From Marsupella aquatica (Eukaryota > Plantae > Marchantiophyta): 64,000 nt of DNA. Below the pieces are notes generated by a model. That model had not been told where the DNA came from, did no database searches, and saw only the letters and a program-made list of their open reading frames with translations. Below are positions 36,039 to 50,729 of this stretch, one piece after another. The stretch covers positions 19,989,048 to 20,053,047 of the forward strand of contig OZ316891.1 of NCBI GenBank assembly GCA_973895155.1, written 5' to 3'. The position numbers and the translations under genes were made by a program. Position 1 is the first letter of the stretch. Every line of letters begins with the position of its first letter.

Positions 36039-39000
36039 AGACAGAATGGACCACAAATCCACGGATACAGAGCAAGGACCCACTTCATAGATTACTGTGG
36101 GAATTCAGCTTCTTGCTCGATTTATAATCTAGTACAGGTTAGAAGAATTTTTTAATCAAGCTTTAATTACTCTATTCATCATCTACAACACATTGCTGGC
36201 AGGATCATTCTTTATAGAAGAGTATATTATCAAATGCATCCACTAGCGGTGCAGGGACTGCTGAAGGTGCAGGACTCTGTCCAAGAAAGCAAGGAAAGCG
36301 GATGTCGCAAGACTTGACCGCTTGACTGACTAGGTGGGTAAATTGATGCTACCCCTCGATTGAGCTGTCCAGCGACAAAAATTGGGTACGGGAGATTCAC
36401 AGGATTGACCGTTCACCAATCCAGAGGGGAAAGATGGATCTTATAAGTACGGCATTCTGGTCAACGGCGTACCTTTCGCAAATGGACTTGTTTCTTTGTG
36501 CCACCTTGCTCTTTGTTCCAGCATGGTCCACATAGGGATCTACACTCGCGGAACGCGTGAGACTCATTTTCCTTTCTCGAGAAGTCTACAAAGCTTTGAC
36601 CTTTGACGTCAAGGCGTACTTAAACCTGGCAAAAACTGCACCTGTTGATGAGTGACTTAATGTGGGTCATTTCTTTATTGCTTGGATGTAGATGCTTCGT
36701 CAATAAAAGAAGTCCAAAAGTTTTCTTGGGGGCCCATTCTGATCTGGTTCGCTTAGGACTACTCTGAGAACCCGGTCGGTGCTAAATTCCAGGTCTTCTT
36801 GGTCCCCTCTACGACATCGTTGCATTCTACTGTATCGATGGGATCACAAATTTGTTTTCCGTCAATTTGGCCTCTTGAGTTGCCATGACTGGCATCAAAG
36901 GACTTATCCCAGCTGTAGCAGTCGCCACTAGTACTCAGGCAATAGATCCTTGCCTCATCGTCCCCAAGGAGTAGAGATGGGACAACCCTCACGACTACTT
37001 TAATGTCGACCTGCCTGCGACCGAGTGTTGAGTTTACGAAGGCTGCAGAAGGCAATTGGCCAGGGTGTGGATTCCACACCAAGGAGTAGTACTGTTCAGG
37101 AAGAAGTTGAGCAATACGAGGAGGCGTGCGTGAGCCAGTGTGGAGAGAGAAGTTCGAGCCGCTTGCGAGGAGTATGGATTCTTCCAGATTATCAATCATG
37201 GCTTTCCAATGGAGGTCGTGGAGAGGCTTAAGTAATCTGGGAGACAAATTTTCGACCTACCCCTGGAGGTAAATTAAAAGCCTTCACCGTGCGACATCAC
37301 TTGCAGGATGCATTCTTGCAGGTCCAATCTAGAAAGTTAATGGCGGTTGTGTAGAATTTCTTGATCACCCATTCAATTAGGAGTCGAGTGCCGTAACCTT
37401 TCTATATGTTACTGGCAAATCGTGAAGTTGAGGTCTTTTGTTCTGTCTCTCGAAAATCGCCTAGCTGGACCGAATGTCTGGAAGCCCAGCGGAGCATTTG
37501 ATAGCTAGTCTTCTCCTTTTTGTGGTGCGAGTCTTGCTCTCTCAAGGCTTTGCGAAATTCAGAAGACAATAACCGCATGAACAGATTTGACACACTCGTT
37601 TTACACAAGTTAACAGTTCACCAGTGTTGGCATTCAGGAAATCAGATTTGAAGGCCAACTTGCATGAAATTGTACAACCAATATTGTCAATTGTAAGGAT
37701 CCAATTACAAAATAGTTGGGCAACAGTTTACCATAACAAATCACGACCAGATTTATAACCTGACGAAGATTAACGTTTTTCTGGTCAGTAGTGTTACCCT
37801 GCAATCAAGTCTGAAAGCGGCCAGATTACAGAAATTCTCTAGGTCCCAATTCTTAAATCCGTGTGCCACTTCACTGGCTTGGAAAGATCCATGGCTGAGG
37901 AATTGATCCGTTTGGGAATACCAATTCTGTGTGGCCAGGCAGATTCATCCATCTCAATAGGCCATTTTGCAGTACAACAAATGCCAGATCTACTGAGCGC
38001 CAAATGATTGCAGGTAAGTAGGATTCTAGTTGTGATCATATCGACCATTACGTACCCGAGAACAGGAAATGGTGGGAGACGAAGTGACCTACTCCTCCCT
38101 CCAAAGGAACAATAACTCCACAGAAAAGAAGAGCTATTCGTTTCAACTTCCTTCAGGATATGAACTTGTGACGGAGGCTAAGGCACATTCTTTTTCAAGA
38201 ATGTGCTCACCCCACAAAGGGACTGCAAGCCAAGGCATGAACTCAACGAGAATCAACCGAGCCTCCAATCCCAGTAAAGTAGATAACGGCGGGCCATCCA
38301 AGAGCAATGTCTGCAAAGAAATGCAGCTGCAAAACGGTTCTTTATACTCACTTGAAACTGTGGAATTTCTTCAACTCAAAGTCCCAACTAGTATACTACC
38401 AATGAGCAACGAAATCCGGACCCAAGCAACGAAGCTGGCCCGACACAATTTTCCCTACTAATTGGATCCATCGTGGATATCACTCTCCCAGTCCTCCCGT
38501 GTCAACGGATGCCATAGTCACAGCATCTTCAATCAACAAAAGGTATGTTGTGGAATCGATCATGTCCGAATCTCCAGGGCTCATATGGATAATTATGTAG
38601 ATCAGTGGCAGGACTAAGGTCCCAATAATATCCTCCAGCAGCTTGTTCTTTCAGAAAGACTTGTGGCACCCACGGAGACTTTGCAATCCACTATTCAAGG
38701 TCTTTCAATCTTTGATAGAATCAAATACATCAGCTGGTAGGTGGGCAGATGCTGCTATGGTAATGGCCAGTCTTCTAGGCTTACCAATCTTTAATTTTAT
38801 GTACCCTACAGGATCTGCACGAAATGTTATTTATATCTATTCTAAGAAATAACCAAACGCCAAATCATTCCCCTGTTTTCCTCTTTTGATTTTAACAACA
38901 ATGAGTATACTGAAATGTGAGTGTTTACATCAAAATGATTAGATTTCTTCTATATGCTTAGATTTCTTCGATATATACCATGTTGATCCTGGAATGCTTC

Positions 39001-39182
39001 ATTTTTTGTCTTGTAATGATGTGAAAATGACTATTGACTAGTGTAGATAGAATTGAGTATGAAAAATACAACACATGCCAAATAAGAATACATGTTACAT
39101 AATGACCACGGTACAAGTGCACAAGTCTTGAAAAATAATGTACAGATTTTCACTTGCTTTAATGACATTCAAATCAATTAAA

Positions 39183-40690
39183 AATTATGCAAATAAGGTA
39201 CAAAAGATACTCCCTTGCCTTTAGATAATGACAATAAAACAGTAAACTTAGTAAATAAAAATAAAATTGTGCAAGTAAGGTACAAAAGATAAATGTGCTG
39301 ATCCCTTAGGCTCTTTTTGCTTTGGTATGGGCTCTGACTGTTTTCCCCTTCCACGGGGCTTTGTGGGCAATGATGTAAAAATTAAACAAAAAATGTTTAA
39401 AGGAAGGTACAAAAGATACTCCCTTGGGTTAGATGATGACAATAAAAACATTAAGCTTAGTAAATAAAAGTTTGAGGAGTAAAGAAGGAGGACCTCAAAG
39501 TATCAATTTTCTCTCATTCACTAGAATTGGCAGAAATTACATATATCTGTTAAAGGGGGTGAATGTACTATTGTGAACACTAAATGTAGTGGAGAAGGAG
39601 AGCCCTAGCTTAAGAAGATAAACAATACTTAGCGGGGTGCCAAAATAATCTAAAGTCTAAATTGTACAAATGGTGCACCTTTTTAAGACACATCTAACAC
39701 TATAACAGGCAATCCCGCCCATTTGGTCACTTTTGTCCGTCGTCCCGTTATGAATTTGAATATCAGCGGGAATGAAACTGAACCGTCAGATTAAAGCATC
39801 TCTTTTTTGTATCCATCCGATCGTGAAACGAGACATGCATCAGATTTTGCTCCCTTCCGTGCACCCCCATGCACTCATTATGCCCCTCCATCCCCACCCA
39901 CAGCAAGGACCTCCGCATAGGGCTTCGCGACCCACGTTTACATTCCATGCACTTTCTCCCTATGGGACCCGCCCTCCTTGCACAGTGCAACGCACTGGCA
40001 TAGGGCTAGTTAAAATATAAAGACAAAAATTCTTAGTAAGACAAACATTGAACAGTGTATTGGCCATATAACAGTGGCAAAATTTAGTTACAAGTTGACA
40101 ACACAAAGTTACATCACAAAATTCTTTCTACAGTTTCACAAGCACTAATATATTCTGTCAGTCAGGTACACAATTTTAATACATATTTATTTATCTGATT
40201 GCAGTACAGTACTGGCAGGCTATCCATGATGAAATTGTTCACAGTGCTATCCATGATGAAATTGTTCACAGTGCAACGTTTATATCAAAATGCTTAAAAT
40301 AATCTTACAGTTTGCATCCCAAGATTCATTCTACGTTTCACAACCAATGTTTAATATTTTGTCCCCCAGGTGGTAGGTTTCACAAGCACTGTTTAATATC
40401 TTGTCCCTCGGGTGGTGGCAGGCTATCCATGTCAAAATGATTAGAATATTCTTAAATTCACATAATTCTTTCTAGGTTTCACAACCGACTGCTTAGTATT
40501 TTGTGCCTCAGGTTGTGGCAGGCTATCCATGATCAAAATGTTCACGGCACTGTTCATGTGACACCCTGCAAGACATCCGTTATTCTATTGTGGAGGAGGG
40601 TTCCTAGATTCCTCACTAATTGCTCGGACTGTTCATGTGACACCCCTGTTCTATTCTGGATGAGGGTTCCTGAATCCCTCAATCGTTCAC
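39183..40690. repeat. AT-rich region with several short dispersed direct duplications (probable TE relic)
   Basis: AAGGTACAAAAGATA occurs 3 times in 39195-39420. (GGCAG)GCTATCCATG occurs 4 times in 40213-40535. TGTTCATGTGACACCC occurs twice (40551, 40629). Confidence 0.55.
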
Positions 40691-42595
40691 CAAGGGCTGC
40701 TGTTCCCACATCACCAAGATAACTGGGTAAATCCGCTTCTCCTGGTATATATCGAAGTGCCAAGAAACAAAAGGCGCTCAACCCAAAGACACCATCCCAT
40801 TGACAAGAACCCCAATCAAGGGAATGAACAAAAGAGCCAAATTCCCCATACTGGGATTGATTAGTGTCACTCTATTTTGGCAATATACCTTTGTCACTTA
40901 TTTTTCTCTATCATAATGTCACTGTTTTAATCTCTGGTTTAAGAAAAATAACCTGGGTACGTTAGCTTCCTTGCATCCAATGGCTCTCTTTCACATCCAA
41001 TGGTTTTCATTGCACATAGTTCCCAGATTGGATGGCTCCCATCTCCCTCAAGGTGACTTTCACCACCCTCAGCACGACAGAGACAAAGGCTTGCACAAGG
41101 ATATGTTGGCCCTAGACAGAAGTTGGACGTAGGATGGGAGGACAGGAGCACCGCGCCCACCCCTCAGTCAACTGACCCAAGGGTGGTCAAAGTCTAAACA
41201 AATATCAAGGTATCGTATGGATTTCATCCAAAATTATGAAATTAAGTCTTTTATAATTTTGTCCCCAGTGGATTTAGTTTCAACATTTTGAGTAACTGAA
41301 TGGGAAAATTTGTGTAGGAAAACATGTTAATCAATACGTTTCAAATAATTTTTTTGATTTCATGAACATCCAAAAGATTTGAATTCTTCTGAACAAATGA
41401 GAGAAATTAATTTAAAGAAAGATGATTTAATAAAAAATTCTTTGGGAATATTGAGCAAGACCCGGGCCGTTTGATCAAGAAATTGGGTGTGATGATAGCC
41501 ATTGGATGGTAAAGAGCTAAACTGAGTTAATATTCTTAGCCGGTTCTAAACCATAAACAAAAGCATTGTGATAAATAGAAAAATTCAGTGGCAATGTATG
41601 TATACTGCAAAAATAGAGTGACAATTTAGTGAATCCCAGATTCCCTATAACCTCCTTCCATGAGTCAAGTGACAAGATCCTGAGGCCCACAACGGAACCA
41701 AATCTTACCTCCGTCCTACCTATTATGTATTGTGACACCGTGGTTGCAAGTTGGTGTAAAGTTGCCACTTGTGACTGTTCACAAGCAACTTTCCATTCTT
41801 CACCAGCTGCAGCACCTACACACAGTCAATGTGGTTGCATCTGAACCTCTGGTTGCAGGGCTTCTTGAAGACATGTCTTCATTCAAATATTTGGCCAAAC
41901 ACATCCCCCACAACGTCTTCCAAGGCAACATGGAAACAACCCTTTCATGGCAATATACCGTTTTGTGAAGGTGTCATTGTTCCCTGCACATCATTTGGCA
42001 ATGTCATCCCAACAGTGTGTCATTGATTTTCTTGAAAGAGGAACTAGAGTATTGCCCTTAAATAATAGATAACTGAGATCTTGCCCGCAACCTCATGGTG
42101 TCATGATATGGAAATGAAGAGGTTGTACACTCAGTAGCCATGGCAACCCAACTTTGTTAGTTAAATGAGATCAAAGGCCCTTTCATACGCAGATTATTAT
42201 TTTTAAAAGTGAAAATAAACTATTAAATATATTTAATATGGTAAAAAGTGGCAAGATGTATTGCTATTAATACAATTCCTTGGGAATGAAAGTAATAATT
42301 ATAACTATGCTAATGATGGACTAATATTAAATGTATGTACATGTACGTTTTAGAGAGCTCACTTAGCACAATTATGTGCACTCTCTATCGGAATCAAAAG
42401 GTACAAGATAAAAACTTCTAGTTATAATGGAATTTTTTATCCAGATGTACATTGACTTTAAATCTAGCCCCATAGTTCGGACTAGTGTGGGAATGAGAAG
42501 TCCCCTCCCTCACCAGATGCACATTACATGGATGGTTGCTCTAATGTTTCATTCAAATAGAACATTCTAAACGACTCTCCCACTAACATAACATA

Positions 42596-43795
42596 AAATT
42601 TAATTCAAAAACAAAAGGGGGTGATTGAAAGTTGTGAAAATTAGGAGTACTTTACAAGACGTTGGGGGCACTTGGGAGTTTTTTTCACCAAAGCAAACTG
42701 GACAGCCATTGCACACACTAAATATAGTGTCCAGGGGCTAAAAGCATTTTGTGAATTCTTTTATTGCCCCCAAGGTCTTGTAAAGCCAAGTGGAGCCAAT
42801 GGTGTCAGATTAATCTACTAAAAGACAGATAGAGGACCCACTCCACCTGAATGTCATGTAATCTTTGGCTAAAGTCTTTCTATATATATATAAGACACTG
42901 CCAAAAAGACATTAACGCCAAACTGGGAGACATGGTCCCAAGGACGAAAGAACCCAATAAAGACGGGAAAGAAAAGACCCCAAGAATACCAAAGAGGCCC
43001 AACAAGTCAAGGAGTAACCCAGAAAAACCATAAGACTAAGAAGCAAACAATCAAACAAAAAACCCTACTGGGCGGTAAATTGAAAAACCTGGTAGAGCTC
43101 AGGACTAAACCGCATAGGAGGGTCACGGAGGGGAATCTGCCTAGAGGCCCTAAAACCAACTGCCTCGGCCCTACAAAGAATAGTGAAAGTCTGGGCCCTC
43201 TGAAGTGCCACTGAAACCCTTCGTCAAAAGAAGGCCATGAGGACAGAAACAGGGGGAAAAGGTCTCCGCTCAATACAAAACACAACGCAAGCCTGAAGGA
43301 AGTGGTCAAAACGAGGGTGGAGACCACCAAAGAAAATCTGACCACTCCGCAACTTCCCTTCTTTCCGTTCTTCTAGATGTGAGACGAGAAGATCTTATAA
43401 AGGACTTGTGGGTCCCTCTTTAATGCAAATAACTTAATATAGAAATGGACCAAGAAGCCAGAAGAAGAGACCACCAAGACAGGTGGTCTAAAATCTAGGA
43501 CAAAAGAGTGCTCCATATAAGCAAAAAATGGGCCCCACTACATTTTGGGTAGTAAAAATGAGTAACAGTTTTGGTTGAAAGTGCCCCCAATGTTTTGTAA
43601 AGTGAACACCAACAGTTTCTCCCAAATGGATGGCTCTGATCAGATCTTGGAGACCCAAAAAAAGGTGGAAACTGCCCCCAACGTCTTGTAAAGCCACCCT
43701 TAAGTTTCTAAAATAATTTTACTACCATAACAAGTAATTATAAAATTCAATTCTAAAACAAAAAGGGGGTGATTGAAACTTGAGAAAATTAAGTT
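42596..43795. repeat. Segment with direct and inverted repeated motifs (possible non-autonomous DNA transposon relic)
   Basis: AAACAAAAGGGGGTGATTGAAA at ~42609 and ~43756. TTTACAAGACGTTGGGGGCA (42651) is the reverse complement of TGCCCCCAACGTCTTGTAAA (43673), with related copies at ~42765 and ~43583. Confidence 0.5.
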
Positions 43796-46645
43796 TCCAA
43801 AAAAGGTGGAATGGTGTTGCTCGTGATATCAAATAAAAAAAAAATGGAACCACTGTAAATAAAATCTTCAACCATCATTATAAAAAATGGGCATTCTGAG
43901 CAGGTCAGATGGATTTGCCTTAGGAGGTTCACAAATATGTCTATTCCTCACTCTGGTCAAGGTTCCCATGACCCTCCCAGTGCGCGCTGGCCCCCTACCG
44001 GCGCCCCGTCCCCCCCCCCCCAATATTGGCAATGAGCGTTTTAGGATTTCTCAAACCACCACCATTCGTCCCTTTTCCCTCCCTTTGTGGCTTCGGCACA
44101 GGCTTCATTGTACATCATTCTTCGCTATGGTCATGGTTCTGTGAGGCACCCCTAAGCTCACCTTAATATGTGGTATCTTGGCTTTTAATGTTTCAATCCA
44201 TTCTTCACTCCAGTCAGAGTTCCATGAGCCCCCAGTGGCTCCCATCTGTGGATGGAAGAATCTATGCCGTCAGTGCTTTAGACTCATCTTGGGATACGTA
44301 AACCCTCACTGTAGTTTTCTGTATTTCTACTGATGGTTGTGGGCCATAAGCCCCCTGCCAGCCTGGCCCAGGGATTACCAGATTTTTGCATTCCTGGCGC
44401 CCATCTTCAAAGTTATCCAATTTTAGGGGCACTTTTCAAGTCAAGAATAGGGCAAACCCACACGGGGGGTTATGCTTGTTAAATGTTAACCCATGGCCAC
44501 TGGGGGCCATAACTTACTGTAACTCCCTTTGGCTCACCGCCCTCCACTAACGCCCTCTCGGGGGAAACCCTACACACTCGTCACTCTGGTCAGGGTTTCA
44601 TGAGACTCCCAGTCGCCCCGACCCCGATCCGATGGAACGATCTCGGCCGTCAGTATTTAAAGCTCCTCTAAGTACCGCCCCGTAATAATTGCTTGTTGGC
44701 CGGTCCCTTTCCCTGCCTTCGCGTCGTCGGCGTCGTCTTCCTCCTCTCCGTTGTCAATCATTCTTCACTCCCGTCACGGTTCCGTGCGGCCCCCCCTCAG
44801 CCGGCGCCCTCATCTCGCCCCCGACCTCTAGATCCATCTTGGCCGTTCGTGGTTCAGGGTCGTCGAACTAGCGCCAGTTTTCTGTGGGCTTCCGCTGCGG
44901 TTCCATCTTCTCGGTTTTCCGTCCATTCGTTGCCTTTCAAACTACAGTGTAACACGTCGTAGCTGATGAGAGGGATTGTGAAGGGATTTCGTTCGCCTCG
45001 GAGCCTTGGAGCCTCGGACGAATGAATCATGATTGTCGTTGCTTACTTTTAGACTCCGAAGATTGATTGTGAGTTGCTGTCACCTGCCCCGTGATGGAGA
45101 CTGCGTTTTCTACCTGTGGCGTCAAAACAACTCGTCGACTTCCCACTTTCCCAGTGTAGGAGTATCTTTATCGACTGTGGTAGACGCCTAAATTCGGTTT
45201 TCGAGTCGCGCGAATTTTGGCGGGGATGACTCATCAACTTACCTTCGTAGTATTATTAACGGACGATTACCTGTAGACGCCTATTTTGGAATCGGCTGTA
45301 GGCCTTTTTTTGCGGCGAGGACTGATCGACTTTGTTACTTTGTAGTCGATGATTCATTATGGTAGACGCCTACTGTAGAATTGGGGTGTGTAGGCTTTTT
45401 GTTTGCGTGGAGGCGGGCGTGTTTGAAACATCGGTGGGGAAACTAGATGCCGTCGGAGTCGGAGTCGGTGGTCGGCAAAAGTTTTGTAGAGAAATCAGAG
45501 TAATCGGTGAGGGCGGAAGGGGGAGGGGGAAGGGAGGGAGAGGTTTGTGGCGTTTGGATCGAGATTTTTGGTTTGGTTGCTGCGGTGGTGTGAGTTGTAG
45601 TAGAGGTGGTTGGTGTCGGAGGTTTGTTGCGTGAGATTTTCTAGAGTGCCTCACAGGGGTGAGCGGTGCAAAACGGATCGTGAGATTTTTGTTGAATGGC
45701 TGGTGAGTGTTTCGATTGTTGATGAGGTTAGGTTATTGTGTTTGTAGACTTCGGTCATCGCCACGTCCATGTTAACGGTGGAAAGCAATTAGAAAGATTT
45801 TGGCACGGTTTGAGATTCTCTGTCTGGAGAATTTGCACTCTGTCCGAGGTGCTTTCTAGAACTACTAGATGTTGTGCGGTTGAGAGACTGGCCAGCGGTT
45901 GGAGAAGGATAGCTGTAGATGCGTTGATCTTGTCTTGTCTCGGTCGGTGTCTTGAGAGTGCAAAGGACTCGGAATTGACGGCGATGAATTTATGCAGGAG
46001 GACTCAAGGTGACCAATCTCGAGCACCTGGCGCACGGAGTTTTGGATTGAATGGGAAGTTAGATTGAGGTAGCTTATGTTCCTCTTTTTGTGGCTTCCAT
46101 TTGGGCTTATTGGCTGTTATTCGGAAATTTAGTCGTTCTGGTGATGAGGTGGTCTAGTTCCTCCGCATATGTCGACAACAAGAAGTCTGTCGGATGCCTG
46201 GGATGTTCACTCTTTCTGCCAGAGCTTGAAGTTCTTCACGGGGATTTAGAATTCTACAGTAGTAGCCTGATTGTATACGGGAACTGTCTTGTACTTGATG
46301 TGCAGAGAGAACCGTGATGATTGGCCTCTTGGTTTGGTGACCATCCCAGGCCCACAGTGTGGGACTTGAATGACTGCATCGCAGGTGCGGTCAGCCTACA
46401 TCGAACCGTTTGCGAGGAATTAGGTGATCAAGTTCGAGCAGAGCTGAAGGAGGAATGTTATCGGTTGAGCATTAATACTCTATGGTTTTCGAGTCATTTT
46501 GGAACGATTCGAGTCGGGATTAAAGCATTGGTTCAGCAGGCACAAGACATCGTGCGTGATAAGCAATCTGCCAGGATTCTGTTTGTTTCGAGGCGGGCTA
46601 GCAGGCGATTTTAGTTGTCAGAGTATTCTGCCCCAACGATAGGTA

Positions 46646-48551
46646 ATGAAGCATCATAGGGGCCACTGGAATCGTGGATCGTGGACAAGGAAGACAGGTC
46701 TCGTGGAAGCGGCTGATTCTTCCCTTTTATTGAAAAATTCTTCTATGCCTAATGTAGCACAGGATGAATCGAGCGCTTGGGAGGAAACAGGTATTCCTGA
46801 CTTTTGCTCTTGATATATCTCGGGAGCTTTTGTTTAGTAAGAAGATATCCCAAAATGTGATAAAATATCAGCGGAACCTACACAACAGCTCATGATTGGG
46901 GCCCATATTCCTGTCAAGTTATTTTCCTATTGATTTGTTTGTTGAGTGTGTGATGCTTCCTATCGGGGCCTTAGAAAGCTTGTCGGAAAGCTTAAACGGT
47001 TTTACAATACACCTAGCTGAAGAACACTGTCAAATGGCTATGGATAGATGTATTGATTATCTTGGATGGTTAATGTCCAGCGATTGACCGAGTTTAACTC
47101 TTGTGGCAATATTCAATTGTTATGTGTATTTATTTCTCTGGAATGTCAGTGAAAAGACCTCATTGAAATGAGTTTCTCAAATTTATGAGAGGCACATGTA
47201 CTGATTAGCTTGGAAGGTTTACGGCCCTGACATGTGGCTGTGTGGACATCCTGTTTGCAGTTCGTGTGCAGGACAGCGGTGCCGGTTGGAATACACAGAC
47301 ATATGACGATGCCTTTTTTGATGATAACAAGAAGATATTTGAGTGGGACGATAGTGGAGCTGTAGAATATTTAAAGAAATCAGAGGTTAAATTACAGCAG
47401 GGCATAAGTTCAGAGTATGAAGATTATCTGAATGAGTCAAATCAGTTTTCGGCCTCGATTGATTGGGATACGCGGTGGTTATGCACATTAGCTGACTGCG
47501 CTGAGGAGTTGGTTAATCGAGAGGAGAAACGAAAAAATACGAAAGTGAGTACCACACGTAGAGATTTATCGGACAATTCAAGCGCCGTTATCTTAGGTCT
47601 TCCGGAGCCGCACGATGATACTGACTTTAGCGGTACACCATCTCTTCATCTTCCGCTCAACTTCGTCCCTGAACCCACGGGATGGGGTGAGGGAGAAGAT
47701 AATCAGGCAGATACTCGGCGGGAAGATTCACATATGCAACCAGTGATGGCGACATATCACGACGATGCGCAAGTAGAGCCTACTTTCCAGAGTGGTTGGA
47801 ATATGGTGACTAACGATAGTGAACAATTAATCACAGGGTCAGGGTGGCCCGAACAGCCAAGTTCTTATCAATACATCATTCCATCGGGCTGGGAGGATGT
47901 TGAGGTGGATCAGCCAGTCCTTTCCTCAGGTTGGGGAGGCGGTGAGCGGGAGCCTCGCTCAGATGTCCAAATGCATCAAGCCGACATCAGATGGTGCGAC
48001 CGCCCGCATTATAATAGTCGTCCAGCATGGAGTAACCCCCACGTCTTGGCAGAGTCTCCTCAAATTTATGGCAAATCTCATTCTGGAAAGCAGCAAGATT
48101 TTTACAACAAATGTCATAAATACGGTGAGTTCTCGTTTTAGTGGCACGTGATTACTTTTGAGCAGCTTTTCATTGATCGTGGTAGTTTCAAAAGTTGGCG
48201 TGTGACTGCGCTTGGAGAACAGAGCCTTGTATTTTGGGCTAGACATAAAACTGTCTTCACATCATTTTGGAATACCATCAGAGTGGGACACGGCGTTTGA
48301 TCAGCAATCCATTTAAGTGATTAGCGTAACTCTTTTGTGGGAGATTGATAGGCTGGCGGCCAAAACGAGCAAGTGAAACGAATACTTATGAATCAACCGG
48401 ACGAAAAAGTATGCAGAGACCCGGAAGACCAATTTCCACCATTCACAGAGTCAATCTCGATTCCAGATCTCCTCGGGTAAACCGATCGGAACGCTCCAAG
48501 CCCCAGTGGCTGACAGTTGACAACATCAATCATGGTATACAGCTTACTTAG
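46646..48551 (+). CDS. Uncharacterised plant protein (~402 aa) with WDDS..IDWD motif and GW/WG-rich region
   Basis: GT-AG exons 46646-46790, 47261-48124 and 48352-48551 sum to 1209 nt in frame. KIFEWDDSGAVEYL...SIDWD resembles a conserved plant family of unknown function. A GC-rich putative 5' leader lies at ~44700-45700. Confidence 0.7.
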
Positions 48552-50729
48552 TATGTGGTCTGCCAGACACAGAGGAACTTCTCCGTCAGGTTTAGTTTAG
48601 AAGTACTAAATTCATGCTTGCATTCAACTGTAGCCACGTCGTGGATCCTAGTTCCCCTTAGAATTGCAGGCAAACTTTAGTTGCCTATAATCAACTTCTC
48701 GTTCTTGTGATATTCGAGCGTAACATGTAGATTGTGATTCGGCGACTTGTAATCTCCAAATGTGTTAGTGTACAGTCCTTTCTTCCTTTTGGTCTTATCG
48801 TGGTAAGTGGCATCTGTGGTTGGTCAGAATGAATAACACTCGTTAGGGTGGTCGACTGCCGCTGCATATGGAGCTCATCTTACGATTTTGCCAACCCAGT
48901 CTTTTTCAAGCTGGAGAATAATTATGTGTGATCTAAGGAGCCTGGAGAGTTTGAACTAAGCATGAGGTAAGGATTGGTGAGTGTGGCGAGTCTTTTCTAA
49001 TTTCTTGCAATTGTGGGACGCTTCAAGCAGAGCTTGTTGATGAATTAAATTGTTAACAAGAAAGTTTCAAGATGAACGTTCTTTGGTTCTGGATGTGGTC
49101 CCAGGCTGTACAACGGAATGAGCTGGTCTCTCTGTTGTATGCTAGGAACACCGGTGCAGTTCGTGTATGTAGTATTCCATGTTGACCTTATCCCCAATTG
49201 ATTTTGGGTCTTGTTTTGTGGAGCTTTCAGGACCATATACCAAAATTTTGTCTCGTGCTGTTTATGTTTTGTAATCAGGAAACCTTGATGAAGGGCGGAG
49301 GATGTATCAGAGATATATTTTCGATATAGAAAGTTTTGAAAGAGGACGGTTTTGGGGACAAGCCCTGTAAGCTCAACCATGAAGCTCAAGCTTATTTTTG
49401 TTCGATTGAGCCCTCAGAGTTTCGGATACAAGTCTCCAGTGAAGAATAAGTGTGGAACTTCTCGTGCTTTCGAGGAAGGTTCATGCGCTTCAGTTGGTTC
49501 TTTCTGCAGTAAGTCTATAATGTAAAGGCTTTTCGTCAACAGCTTTTGGACCCCAGACTAAGTTGTACTAGTTTTCCTATCCGGCAATAGGATCCATCCC
49601 AGACACTTTGAAGGGTTTTTCAGTAAAAACTTTAGTGTTGCACAGTTCGGTAGCATGTACAGACATGATATTTGAACTATTTTTCGTGAATCGAAATTTG
49701 AGGAAGTGTATCAATAGTCCCTTCGGTTGTTGCACACCAAATGTGTCGGGTAGAAATCTGGGCAATGGGTTGGCTCATGGATGAATGTTTCTGGTCACGC
49801 CTGTCATTGATAGATTGCGGTTGGGAACTTTCTTCTCATGGAAATTGCATTGTCCCTGATCTGGAATGCAGTAATTATGGAGTACACTTGATGTCTGTGG
49901 TTCTCTTTCAGCATTTTGAGCTATCCAGGATTTAACTCGATGATTGATTGTAATCGTCTGCTTTAGTCAAATCGGTCATTCTGCAAAGCTTCCATAGCTC
50001 TAAACTCACTAATTCTTCGATACCTGCCGTTACATTTTTGTTCCATCTTGCGTCACCTGGAAAGAACCGTTCTGAGAAAACTTCCGAGTTTGTAATCAGA
50101 TCTCGTCGTGAGGGATATACTGCCAAGGTAACGCAATTTGACGATATACTGCCAAGGTAATGCAATTTGAAGTGTTTGTTGGGGACTGACTTTCTGTGCA
50201 ATCTCGTTTCCTCGGTTAACTCTGCTCATCATGGTGGCTAGACTGGTCGGACTGCCAATTCCCACTTTACTTGCTCTTCATGAGACATATCGATGCCACA
50301 TTGCTTGTGCGATAGTTTCCAGTTCTTAACTCGCGCCAGCTAGTTCGTGAAGGTATCTAGTCCAGTTGAAATCAACCTTTAACGAGAAAGAATTTGTGAT
50401 CTTCGCCGAAGTCAATCCCTGTCTTGCAAGGGCCTAAAATGTGCCACGGACTGGAGGGCCCGGTCCTACACGGAGACAACACCATTATGGTGGATCTCCC
50501 ATCTGACCAAGTAACGGCATTTGAGCTGGCCCAGTAGCATTTCAAGTAAATGAATTTCTGCCACCAGTGTGACCGTCAGTTCCCTACTGACTAACTATCG
50601 ATTACGTGATGCGTCGCGAAAGTTTTTAACTTCTCAGTTGTAATCTGGAGTTGGTAGATTTGTTAGAATGTAGAGAATGGACAACCCAGGAGACTGAAGC
50701 AGGGATGGACCACCATGTTGACACATCGT

